Assembly: GCA_043228905.1 (NCBI GenBank)
Contig: JBHGNT010000013.1
Coordinates: 18,662,001 to 18,726,000 of the forward strand
Source of the DNA: Azolla caroliniana
Taxonomy: Eukaryota; Plantae; Polypodiophyta
DNA: 64,000 nucleotides
Direction: 5' to 3'
The notes beneath the pieces were generated by a model. The model did not search any database and was not told the DNA's origin. It saw only the letters and a list, made by a program, of their open reading frames with translations. The stretch's first letter is position 1. Each line of letters begins with the position of its first letter. A program made the position numbers and the translations under genes. Of the stretch, positions 25,202 through 38,112 are shown one piece after another.

Positions 25202-28200
25202 CTAGAAGTAGGACGATTGTTCTTGTAAGATGTTCAAATGAGCTAAAATCCTTGCCGCATAATGCCGAGCTTTGTTTGTCCCATCTTGTGTCAACGATAT
25301 TAGAGCCATTTGAGCCATGTTCCCATACTTCTCCCTAAACGTATTCCTCCTGAAGAACCTCTCAAGAATCCATAATGCACTTTCTTGAACTCTTGGAGTT
25401 CCGGTTGTAAGTAACCGAACAATGGGACCCACACCTCGCTCTTCAGCAATGGCATCTGCACCTTTCTCCCAAAACTCATCATAAAGGAGTGTGGCAAGGG
25501 CACCAAGTGCAGCCTCCACGACAGCAGGCTCTTTCTCTTCCAAAGTTTTTATCAACAAAGGTAGCGCTTGTGCTTCCAAGAGGCAAAAAGACTTCTCAAT
25601 AGAGCACGTGCCACCATGGACCTTACATAAATCTTCTAGCAGCTGCGGCGAACTGTGTCTGAAACACCAAAACCTACCACGTTCCTTCTTCTGCGAAGAA
25701 TGGCATGTTGTATTCAGTGTGCTCTCGGAGAGTTGCCCAAGTGAAATTGCGGCTCGACACTTTGTCACATGTGAACCTGACCGAAGCAACCGAAGCAACA
25801 CTGGGATGATTCCTTTCTCAGCAACATAACGTTGAAGCGACACATTGGAAGGAGACGTGAATCTCACGAACACCCCTATAGTGTTTTCCAAAAGCTCTCG
25901 CTTTATACAATCCTTGGAGGTCGCTTTCTGAAGTATTTCTAAAACCACTTGAAGCAACCCACCTTCGACCATCAGTTCCGTAATGGAGTTGTTATCAACA
26001 GGAATGTGTTGAAGTATACCCATGACACTTGATTTGACATCATCCCGAGATGACTCGAGCATAAGGAGGTCAACTAGAGATTTTAAAGGCTTCACACCCA
26101 TCTCATTTGCCAATGTCTGTCCACCTCCATCTTGTGTCACAACATATAGAAGCTTCAGTGCAAAGAGACGTACCTCAGCATCAGCAGTTACCATATAAAG
26201 ACTAACAAGAACCTCGATATATCCAGCCTCTCTCATAGTTTCCCTCAGGACTCCTGCACACAGTGGTGATGAGAGACCAACAAGAGCTTGAAGGAGGCGA
26301 GCTTGAAGCAAAGAACCACTAAGATGCAAAAGTGAAAGTAATTGGTATATTGTTTCATTCAGTTCCGGACCATTCCCCAGCAAGTCATAATAAGAATCAC
26401 CAGATGAAGTATTTTTAGTAGTCGCAAGGTTTGCAAACACATCAGCTGCCTGTTCTTTCATAGTCATTAGGATTGACTTTGATGTGAAAAGAATCTCCAG
26501 CAAAAGCCTAACTACCCCAGCGTTAACAATATCATCTCTATTTCTAGAGAGTTTTGATAGATTCTGGAGAGCTCCAAGGGAGGCTGATTTTAACTCAAAG
26601 TTACCCTCTGACAGCATCTTTACAAGAGGATCTAAAACTCCCAATTGGACCAGTGTTCTTCTACTGTAGTCCGTTAATTGCATCTCCGTTATAGTGTTTG
26701 CCATAAGGATTTGGGTCATATCCAACCCTGCACTAAAACCAGAAGTTTCGAAATCACAACCTAAAACTCCGAAAACATCCTTTCAAAAACTATGATTTTT
26801 TTTATATACAACAAGATATGTCAGAAAATAAATATGATATAAACCAAGACAAGTCGAACTAAAATATATACCAAGACATGTCACAAATATGACATACAAC
26901 AAACCTGTCAAAATATGATGTGCAACAGCTCACATTGGCACATAAATTAATGTGCCAATTCACCATTTCTATGCATTATTCACCAAAAATGATTAATAAA
27001 AAAGAGGGAATTGTTTACACTCTCAAACCTTAACTAACTAGCCTTTTAAAGAAAATGATGTTGAATTGACAATGTCAACATGGAGTAGGATCATGTAATA
27101 TGATTACAAATCAATCTTAGACATAGTTTTAAGAAGATTACCTTCATGCATACGTTGCACTAGGGGCTTGAAGTAGTTAGCTTCCGCCATGAGAATCACA
27201 TTATGGTCTTTATTTTTAGCGAGGTTTTCCAAGACCATCTGAGCATCTTCAGCAGCCTGTCGGACTTCACTAGTTGTCATGGTTACTAAGAGTAATACAC
27301 AACCTTGGGTTTTGGTTAACTGCTTGCACAGTTTTTGTTCTTTTGAGAGCTCAAGGAGAAGGGATACAGCTTGTCTTGATTCAAGCATTTCCCGAGCAAG
27401 AGAACGAACCGCAAATGTTATCACACCAGCTTCACATGCTCGAACCTTCATACAAAACCAACAGAATATCATTCATCACCTATATCAAGCTAAGGTTCAA
27501 ATTATTATTAAGTTTTTTCTGAGCCAATTTACTTATTGGTGACATTGATTTCTCACCTTATTATCAAGGTTTCCTTTAATTAGCATGGTTAAAGTTGTGA
27601 ACGTTTTCTTCCTTATGGTGCTTTTACTTGACTTCAAAAGATTCACCAATACAGGTACTAAACCTTCAGCCGCAATCCAGTGTCCATCCACTGACTTCGC
27701 TTCACAGAGCTCATAAAGCTCCTCCAAGGTACCAAACACTATAGCTTCATCCTCACTATTAAGTTTAGACCCCATAGATGTGAGCCGAAATTGTAAATTC
27801 CTAGTTTTCCATTCCTCAATTGATCTCTTGAGGATCGTATTGGGCTTGAGATCTAAATGTTGCAATTCTACAAGGCTAAGTGGGCACATCGTATGACCTT
27901 CGGCAAACCACTTCTGAATAGCCTTTCTCTCGAATGCATGTCCAGACGCCACTTCTACAGGATCTTCCATCACCTCTTGTGTTATAGGACAATAGAATGA
28001 ATGCAAAGGTGGGAAAGGATGTGAACCTAGAACCCCTCTTTTATCCATGAATTGTTTCTCCCGTTCTCTTCGGGAATATGCAATGTCTGCCCAACTAAGT
28101 AATGCCAATATTCGTTGTAATTGAAGAGCCTCGGCCTCGTTTTTCTCAAGCTCAGCGATTTCCTTCTCTTTCTTAAGCTTTTCAAGCTCTTTCTTAAGGG

Positions 28201-28768
28201 AGAGAGGATTCAAATCGACTCCAACGACTTCGGCGATCTCTACCAAGAACCTCTCATTGGAGAAGTTAGTGCTTTCTCGGTAATCCTGAAGACCCGTTTT
28301 GATCTTGTTAGCAACCTCTTCAACTGCATGTGATGTCTTGAACTCTACATATTGCATTTGTTTGACGAGAAGCATAGCTTTATCTTGAACCTCAATGGAA
28401 AGGTCAATATGAGAATGCAGAATAAGGCTAATCGCCTGCCCAATTTCACCCATCATTTTTTTCACCGTTTTCAGCAGAAAACAGCTATTGATAAGAAGAT
28501 AAAACCGGCTTTTAATTTTGTATGTTTCCATGAGAACTTTTGCATTCTTTACCTCATTATCCAGGCATTCCATTGCACTTCTAAAAGTATCTGGCTCTTC
28601 AATTCCATCGGCCTGGATTTCCTGAAGGATAAGGTGGATATTTCCAAGGCAAGCAGAAAGGCACCCAAAATTCTCTTTCTCGATCAACACATGCCGAGCT
28701 GCCTCGAGGATCTCCATAATGTGCAGTGATGTCCGGGACAAAAGCTCGGATGTGGGCACAAAGGCCAT
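25202..28768 (-). CDS. U-box/ARM-repeat E3 ubiquitin ligase, PUB43/PUB44(SAUL1)-like, ~1013 aa, 3 exons
   Basis: Exons 28768-27557, 27445-27142, 26727-25202 total 3042 nt in frame. N-terminal helical domain, U-box SFYCPITQEVMEDPV..GHAFERKAIQKWF..CP..LKPN..LKRSIEEW, ARM repeats with MAEANYFKPL, CKVHGGTCS..FCLLEA, and C-terminal ARILAHLNIL.EQSSYF. Confidence 0.95.
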
Positions 28769-28864
28769 TTATACATAGGAGGAGGTGTATAACAACCTTC
28801 TTGTGAGATGAAACAAAACCCTTTTTTATGCAATGATTTCTCTCTCACATACTAAAACAAACAT

Positions 28865-29151
28865 AACTTCCTTCTTGATTAATTTGGATGAGGGAGAGGA
28901 GGAGGAGGAAGAAGAAGAAGATACATCCAGACCTCCCCTGTTCTGTTCTGTTCTGTTCTGTTCTGTGCTCTTCACCAACAACAACTGTAAGAGTGTTCTA
29001 TGCTCCACACCAAAAACAAAAAAAACTTCCTTCTTGATTGATTTGGATGAGGGAGAGGGGCAGGAAGAAGCAGAGGATAAATCCAGACCTCCTCTGTTCT
29101 GTTCTGTTCTGTTCTGTTCTGTGCTCCAAACCAACAACCATGTAAGAGTGT
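28865..29151. repeat. ~160-bp tandem duplication with (CTGTT)5 upstream of the U-box gene
   Basis: aacttccttcttgattRatttggatgagggagagg..atccagacctcc..(ctgtt)5ctgtgctc..ccaacaac..tgtaagagtgt occurs twice. Confidence 0.85.
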
Positions 29152-31620
29152 CTTCAAGAGGAAAAGGGTAAAAGGTGTTGAAGATAATGAGTACGTAGGG
29201 TAAAAGGAGAGAGAGTGAGAGAGTGAGAAGGGTGTGTGTGTGTGTACAGTACAGTGTGTGTGTTGTGTACAAGTCTCTACACACTTTTCTCTGTAGATTC
29301 TCTTTTCTCCTGTGCAGAGTTAGGAGGGGAGGGAGGAGCCTAGTCCCTTTCACTTTCTTTGTAGATATTGATCCATCCATAGCACCTAGGGGGCATCTAA
29401 CATGTTCCCGTTGGGTTTTTCGTCCGCACCGATCGTTGGGATGATCGACCCCTACAAGGACTATCCATTTACATGGCACATAGATCCATTATTCGCAAGA
29501 GTGAATGAAAATTTGTCCATCTTGAGGGGAGGGATGGGGCCAATTCATAACGATCATTAGTAGGCGCCAATCCATAATGATCATTAGCCCTTTTGTAAGC
29601 ATCAAAGTATATAAGGTTGCTTCCCGAACCCTAGGCCATCTGAAGTGTGCTTCGAATTCATTCGCCAATCGATCTCTCCATTACTAGTCTTCGTTTTGCC
29701 TCCCCATTACTTTCTTTGTAGTTGTGCCTTTTATTTTACACTTTAAAGAGTTAACATTTAAAATGTTTACAAAATCATACTCTCCTCTTCTTAATTTTGT
29801 ATTTGTTGTCAAAATATTATTAGGGTTTGAATTTAAAAGTTTAAGTTTGTGCTTTTTCTAACCTACCACTCAAGTAGTATAAATCCTATATCCTAACTAG
29901 TGCACTAACTTTTTCCGCTAAGGTATGAAACCTATACAAAAATTTCATATTATAGCAAAGAGATTCCTTAATTGAAAACACAGTTTTTCATCGCGTAATT
30001 AATGCTTGAATCATTTCCTCTTCATTGATATTTTATACTCTAAAGGAGAGTTTGTCAACTTGCGACTATGATCTTTGCCCTTTAATTAGCTAGTTGGATG
30101 ACCTCAACTTATCCTTTTCATGGTTGTAAGAGACATATGATTGTCATAAACTAGCTGATTAATTGAGAATGCTTAAAAGCACGCATGGTTAGACGAAAAG
30201 CAACCATAATATATTTTTATATCTCCAAATGTGATCAATTTCTTTCAAACTTGCTTGTCTCTTTTTTAATCATTCATCACACATCAATAAATATTGTTGA
30301 GATGTCCCACTTTTAATTATTTGTGCAATGTAGTTATCTTCTATCTATTTATCATAAGGGTTAGGGTATTCTAATGTAGAACCAATTATATTTTTGAGTG
30401 TCACGATCAAATCGTGATGTGTCTTGCCCTCATGGCCTACAAAATGTTGACAAGAAAAGATGTTAGTAATGACCCACATTTGTCACCTTTTCTAGTTGGA
30501 TTTTTTGTATTCATTTTGAATGGATACAATTTGAATGATTACACTTTGACTCGTCTTTTGAAGCCAATTCTCTTGTTACGACTTAAAGAACATGATATTT
30601 GTAATATAAGCTAATTATTTTAATCTTACAAAACAAATAATGGTCTGTGGTTGTTAGGTTTGATGGATATAGCCTATAGGTTGATCGCTCTTGAAAGACA
30701 AATATGAATATCACTTTATTTGTAAAAAATGTAACCTACCTTAATTGTATATGTCTCTCTAGATATTGTGAAATGCACATAAGAGATCAAAACCAGCCTA
30801 CTTAAGTTCTTACTTCATACTCAATTTATAGTTGATACAAAGGTACCCATTTGGGTTGGCTTAGATAAAAAGGGTGTGCTAAAAGGGTGGCACAAAGGAA
30901 CACATGCACACCACATTTCCCCCCTGAGAGAAACAAGAGACTGAGGAGTAGGAACAGGAACATGAACATGAACAGTGGCTCGTCGAAGGAGGGGGAGCAT
31001 CTATTGGAGATAGAGCTCCCAAGTAGCATAATCCATGTTGGCAGGTTTCGAATGGACATCAATGGACGATTCTGGTGGGAGGTGAAGGTTACACCCATAG
31101 AGTGCTCGAAAAGGGTTAATCCGTGTCAATGCATGTACATATGTATTGTAAGCATGGGTGACGAAAGACAATATTTGATCCCAAGTTTTGTGGCATGGAT
31201 CGATGTAAGTGACAATCTCCTTCTTGAGGGTCTTGTTGAGGCATCTGGTGAGACCATTTGTTTGAGGATGGTATGGGGACTTAAACACATGTTGGACATC
31301 TAGTTGAGCTGTAGCGACGTTGAGGACATCCCCATTGTTACGGGCATGACCATATAATATCCTGTGGTCAGAATTTACCGTAGTATTCTATACACGTGGA
31401 TAAGTGTGAGGGTTAAACGAGAGTGTAAAGAAGGGGAGTATTACTTTTAATCCTCGGTATTGAGACAACCCATTAGGCCAAGTGTGAACTTACTTGGGGG
31501 CCTTGGGTATCGCTATAAATAAGAGACCTAGCTACCCTCATTTGATCATCTAGTTGACTACGTCAAGACTCTATCTTGTGGTGGGTCAACTCTTGTAGTG
31601 AGCACGCCAGCACTAGGTAC

Positions 31621-34600
31621 TGTCAAGATTCGAACTCTTGACACGACCATGTTATAATCTAGTATTATGAGTTAACCAAGATATCTAGTACATAGTTATG
31701 TATGTAATTGGTCCTTATTATTTTGCTAGCATCATGTGCATAGTTGCTCCCTTGTAGTATTTACACTTGGCACATGCATGCATACCTACATGCTCTATTG
31801 TAGATTCACATGCGTGCAACAAGTATGCATGCCATGTAGTATAAATAGAGGAGTTCACCTTGAAGGAATTCAAGGTGAACAACACTAGTTATGGAGTCTT
31901 TCCTTTAATACTATCTTCTTTCTTGTCCATTTGGTTATCTTCTTGCTTGTCTCTTGAGCTTATGATCCGTGACAGTTTGTTCACCTTCCCATCCTCATAG
32001 CTCTCCCTCTCATAAGCCATAGCTATGTCTGACTCAACTAGTGAGTTAGGCCAAATAATGGTAGCCTTACGACAACTACAACTTGAAAATGAAGCTCTTC
32101 GAAATTCTTTACAAGAACTTCAAGTCAGTACCTCCCTATCCTCACAACCCCCGAACCCTAGTCTCCCACAACAACCTAGCCTAGAGCCCGATCTTCTACC
32201 AACATCTAGCCTAGCTTCGTCATGGTTTCTTGAGCCTAAGGTTAGACTCCCAGAAAAATTTGATGGAACGAGGTCGCGTTTCCGAGGATTCATCAACCAA
32301 GTTCGACTTATCATTCGGCTACAACTTCAACGTTATGGAGATGGTCTTCAACAAGTCGGCCTTGTGGGCACCCTTCTCTCCGGTCCGGCCCAAGCTTGGT
32401 TTGCACCATTGGTAGAAACCTCGTCACCTCTATTGGAGGACTTTCCCGCCTTCCTCGCCGAGTTAGAGGCCACATTTGGAGAGACGGACCGACGACGTAC
32501 AACTCTTAACAAGATTTATGCATCGAACAAGGTTCGCGTGCAGCTTCGGCCTATGCTTCAGAATTTTGACAACTAGCATGCGACGTCAATTGGGATGATC
32601 AAGCTTTAGCTGATCACTTTCGGCGCGGCCTTTGAAGTAATGTCAAGAATCTTCTCTTAAACTTTCCGGAGCCCACCTCGTTATCCCAAGCGATTTCACA
32701 AGCAGTCCATTGTGACAATCGTCTTTTCGAATTTCGCCAAGAAGAGCGCCGGACTTGGGTTCCACATCATTCACTTCCACGCCACGCCCCGGTCATACAA
32801 CCCCAGGCATCCTCACACTCGTCTACTTTGGCAGATGCTCCTATCCCCATGGAAATTGATCAAGCCCGATTTCGGTCATTGACTAATGCTGAACGCCAAT
32901 TTCGGCGGGCTAATGGCTTGTGCATGTATTGTGGTGCCTCCGGTCATGTCGTTCACCATTGTCCTAGGAGTACTTGCCCACAATTCCATCGAGCTAACAG
33001 ACCCCAACATCCGGAAAACGACATCGTTCGGTTGCAGTAGGAGCCATGCAACTGGACATCTCCCATCGCCCACATTCTCTTGGTTCCATTGTCAGACCAT
33101 CAGGCAATTTCACATTAGAGGTATGGCTTTCGTTTAACTCTAGTTCCATTCAATCTGTTGCTTTACTTGATTCTAGGGCATCTTCTTGCTTCATCGACGT
33201 CGCGTTTGCCCAACCACATGGCGTACCTGTCGTTGGCCTCTCAAAACCCATTCCAGTTGAAGCCATCGACGGGTGCATCCTCTCGTCAGGTGCAATTACT
33301 CAAGCTACAATCCCATTAGGGCTTCGGGTGGGCTCACACCAGGAGGAGCTCGCCTTTTACCTCATCGCATCTCCTCGACATCCGATCGTTTTAGGACTAA
33401 CGTGGTTGGAGGCGCACAATCCAATAGTGGATTGGTGCAACCACTCGATCACATTTAGCAAGCCAAGATGCTCGTGCAAAAGTATGAAGGTAAATTCAGT
33501 TTCCTATCCTTCGGTCCATCATCGAATTGACTACCCCATCATCGGTCCAGGATGGGTTTGTTTGTGGCGCCATTTCTAACACACTCCATGTTATTCCCGA
33601 AAAATAACAACACTTCTCCGACGTATTTGAAAAATGTAATGTTGATCGTTTGCCTGAACACCGGCTCTACAACTGTCCGATTGATCTTCAAGAAGGTGCG
33701 TGTCCAGCCTTTGGTCCTCTATATGCGTTGTCTGCACTAGAGTTGAAGGCCCTTCGTGTGTATCTCGATGAGAACCTCGAGAAAGGATTTATTCAACCTT
33801 CTAAGTCACCAGCCGGGGCCCCCATTTTATTTGTGAAGAAGAAGGACGGCTCTCTACGCTTATGCGTCGACAACCGAGGTCTCAACAAACTCATTGTGCG
33901 CAACCGCTATGCGCTACCTTTGATCCCCGAACTCCTTGATTGGCTCCGAGTTGCGCGTGTCTTCTCCAAAGTTGATCTGCGTGGAGCGTACAATCTAGTA
34001 CGCATCAAGCCGGGGGATGAATGGAAAACCGCATTTCGAACACGGTATGGGCATTTCGAATACAAGGTAATGCCTTTTGGTCTTACTAACGCTCCCGCAG
34101 TTTTTCAACATATGATGAACGATATATTCCGGGAATATCTTGATCTTTTTGTTGTCATTTACCTCGATGATATTCTCATTTTCTCGCCAAACATAGAGGA
34201 GCACACTCGCCAAGTTCGATTAGTTCTTGCCAAACTTCGCGAGCATGGCCTTTATGCCAAAGGTGAGAAATGCGAGTTTGACCGTACCTCGATCGAATTT
34301 CTAGGCTACATCATCTCGCCCACTGGCATCACCATGGATATGAAGAAGGTCTCTGTCATTCAGGCGTGGGTGACTCCAAGGCGACTTAAAGATGTGCAAT
34401 CCTTCCTCGGCTTCGCGAATTTTTACCGTCGCTTCATCAAGGGGTTTTCCACCCTAACACAACCTCTTATCGCTCTCACCCATAAAGGCACTCCATTTTT
34501 ATGGACCTCGGAGGCGCAAAATGCGTTCGACTCACTCAAACACGCATTCATCACTGCCCCGGTGCTGCTACATGCCAACCCCACAAAACCCTTCCAAGTC

Positions 34601-36903
34601 GAAACCGATGCCTCTGACTTTGCCATTGGCGCCATCTTATCCCAGGCAAACGATAACAACCTAATGCACCCAGTGGCTTACTATTCCCGAAAATTTACGG
34701 CATTCGAAATCAATTATCCTATTTACGACAAGGAGCTTGCTGCTATCATTGCTGCCTTTGAAGAATGGCGACCCTACTTGGCCGGCGCACAACATCGTGT
34801 CCAGGTAGTGACTGATCATAAAAATTTAGTTTATTTTTCCACCACTCGTACTTTGAATCGAAGGTAGGCCCGTTGTTCGACATTTCTCGCTGACTACGAT
34901 TTTGAGATCGTATTTCGACTTGGTGGCCAACATGGGAAGGCTGATGCCCTTTCTCGCCGAGCTGACCTTGCACTCCGCCCTGGGGATGTTGCTTATGCTC
35001 AACAATCTAGACGTTTGTTGAAACCCGACCAATTGCATCTTTTTGCCACTTGTATGTTGCAGGATGATTCTTTACTCCAACAAATCACTGATGCATCCAA
35101 GACCGATGCGTTCGCCAACGAGATTCGAGATAATCTGCAAAACCCCTCCAAGGCGACCAAAAGGAAGGATCTTGACACCTTCACCATACAAGAGGGTTTG
35201 TTGTTCCGAGATCATCTCTTATATGTCCCAAAGGGCCCATGTTGCACCCGAGTGTTGCGGGAATGCCACGATGACCCACTTGCAGGTCATTTCGGGGTCG
35301 CGAAAACCCTCGAGCTAATCTCTCGGGGTAATTGGTGGCCACAACCATGGAAGTTGGTCAAAGAATACATAAAGAGTTGTGAGGTTTGTGCTCGCTCCAA
35401 AGCCATTCATCATCGGCCATATGGCTTACTACAGCTGCTTCCATGTCCTCGTCGTCCTTGGGCCTCTATCTCTATGGACCTGATAACTAATCTACCCTTG
35501 GTCAATAGCTATGACTCAGTGTTGGTCGTTGTCAATCAGTTTACGAAGATGGCTCACTTCACTCCATGCTCCAAAACCATTTCCGGAGAAGGAATGGTGC
35601 ATCTACTACTCAACAATGTGGTACGCTTGCATGGACTCCCTAATGATGTCATCTCGGATCGCGGACCCTAGTTTGTCTCTCACTTCTGGCAGCCTGCTAC
35701 AAACTTTAGGCATCTCTGTCAAGTTGTCCTCCGCTTATAACCCCCAAACTGATGGGCAAACGGAGCGTGTCAACCAAATCCTTGAGCAGTATCTTCGGTG
35801 CTCGGTTAGTTACCAACAAGATGATTGGGTCAACTTACTTTCGCTCGCGGAATTCGCCTACAATAATTCTCTCCATGCATCGACTGGCGTCACTCCCTTC
35901 TTTGCCAACTATGGTTTACATCCTCGCTTCAACATTTCCCTTCCTACCACTTCCGTGAACCCTTCGGCGCAGGATCGCGCCCGCATTTTGGAAGAACTAC
36001 ATCATGATTTATCCTTGGAGCTTAGTCTTGCTAGTGAACGATACAAGAAGCAGGCTGATCGCCATCGATCTTCCACTCCACACTTTGTCGTTGGAGACAT
36101 GGTCTGGTTGTTATGTTGACACATCTCTACTACTCGTCCATGTGCGAAACTTGATTACAAGAAGTTGGGACCATTCTGTATCATCGAGTGCATCAATCCC
36201 GTCGCCTTCCGGCTCGCCCTTCCATCCCACTTCCGGATTCACGATGTTTTTCATGTCTCCCTCCTCGAACTCCATTATGCTTCACAACTCCCAGGACGTC
36301 AGGCCCCACCACCACCACCTGTGCAATTGACGATAGGGGAGGAATACGAGGTTGACCAAATCCTTGACTCGCGTTGGCACCGTCGACACTTGCAATACCT
36401 CGTCCTATGGAGGGGTTACCCCATGTCTGAGGCCATGTGGGAACCATCGGGAAATTTACAAAATGCCCAGAGGTCGTCCAAGATTTTCATCACCGATATC
36501 CCCACAAACCAGCGGCCGATTTGGGAAGGCAGCGTAGGAGGGGGGATAATGTCAAGATTCGAACTCTTGACACGACCATGTTATAATCTAGTATTATGAG
36601 TTAACCAAGATATCTAGTACATAGTTATGTATGTAATTGGTCCTTATTATTTTGCTAGCATCATGTGCATAGTTGCTCCCTTGTAGTATTTACACTTGGC
36701 ACATGCATGCATACCTACATGCTCTATTGTAGATTCACATGCGTGCAACAAGTATGCATGCCATGTAGTATAAATAGAGGAGTTCACCTTGAAGGAATTC
36801 AAGGTGAACAACACTAGTTATGGAGTCTTTCCTTTAATACTATCTTCTTTCTTGTCCATTTGGTTATCTTCTTGCTTGTCTCTTGAGCTTATAATCCGTG
36901 ACA
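31621..36903 (+). mobile_element. Element C: Tcn1/Tf1-sushi-type chromovirus inserted in B's 5' LTR
   Basis: 354-bp LTRs 31621-31974 and 36550-36903 (1 mismatch seen), TSD GGTAC, PPT aggagggggga, no tRNA PBS. gag PEKFDG..PMEID..RRANGLCMYCG..GH..C; RT YLDDILIFS; RH ETDASD; IN; chromodomain EEYEVDQILDSR..QYLVLWRGYP..WEP. Confidence 0.95.
32025..36530 (+). pseudogene. Element C gag-pol, disrupted
   Basis: ORF fragments 32025-32576, 32828-33040, 33046-33579, 33650-34867, 35015-35671, ~35690-36119 and from 36165. Premature stops near 32633, 34865, 35669 and 36117; protease DSG mutated to DSR. Confidence 0.92.
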
Positions 36904-38112
36904 GGTACGACTCGACGCCACGGTAGTGGGATGGGACGCCGATTGAGGCTCGAGTCCATCTCGATCCCTTCGCTCGGGGGTGGTGGTTGGATCGGCACCC
37001 TTCTTTCTCTCTCTCTTCTCTATTTAGATCTATCTATTCATCTATATTCCATCCTTATCTAATGCTTACATTAGTTCATGTCTCTAACAGTTGGTATCAG
37101 AGCTCATTTTCTAATGTTTCTTTTGTTGTCTTTTGTTTTCTTGATTGATGGCGATCGATTTACGTGCGGTCGGCCTTCATGCAGACAAGGATCAACAAAG
37201 GAACTTCGGTAATCTTTCTTGTTTTTTTTTGTCTATTTTTTTCTTCTCCCATCTAATCATGTGTATGGTTAATATGTAATTTTTTTCATTAATTCAATGA
37301 TGTTGTAGTGGTAATTCATTGGTTGTATAAAACGTTTACATATGTGTATGAGGTCAATACCTCATTTGACGTATATTGATTATGTGATGAGTGTCGTATG
37401 CGCACAAGGTTAATACCTCAATTGCGTATTACATTCACAAACATATGTTACGTTTGCGTATGAGGTCAATACCTCGATTCGTTGTAAATGATATGTGTTT
37501 GGTCTCGTATGCGTAAGAGGTCAATACCTCAATTGCGTATTACGATTAACCTTTATTTTTGGTATATGCCTCGATTGCGTATCTCAATTACGTCATTTTT
37601 GGCTATTAAATATAACGATTTGTTTAATATAGGTATATGTGGTCACGTGTATACGTAGTTGATCGTATATATGTGATAATATACATATGTGTATATAAGT
37701 TATTACGTGATTTTAAATCGAATGTTTTCCTTTTTGGGGAAAGGATCTTGGTGGTCATCCTCACATTTTTGTGAGAATAGCGTTGTCACCATCCCTTTTT
37801 TCAACAATTTTTTATTGTTGAAATCCCCATTGGTGACTTTGATATTTCGTTACGTAAAGAAATGCCTATAGCCATAATGATGTTGAGAACGTAGGGCTTG
37901 ACCCATTTCATGTGAGGTCGCTCCTATGACACACGTATCCAACATCCCTCCCTCATTACATGGATACGATGCCACCATGAAATCATTCTTATGAGAGATA
38001 TTCATAATGATGTGACCATGTGATGGGTTTTTGTCCGCCGGAATAGTAACCGACGGCCAAAAGCGTAGGAATAAGAAACTATATAAAGCGTAACATATGT
38101 AACGGTTCACGA

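Noticed and set aside
28826-29479. 217-aa minus-strand ORF upstream of the U-box gene
   Set aside because: Made of microsatellite and duplication translations (TEQNR repeats, poly-S); not a credible protein.
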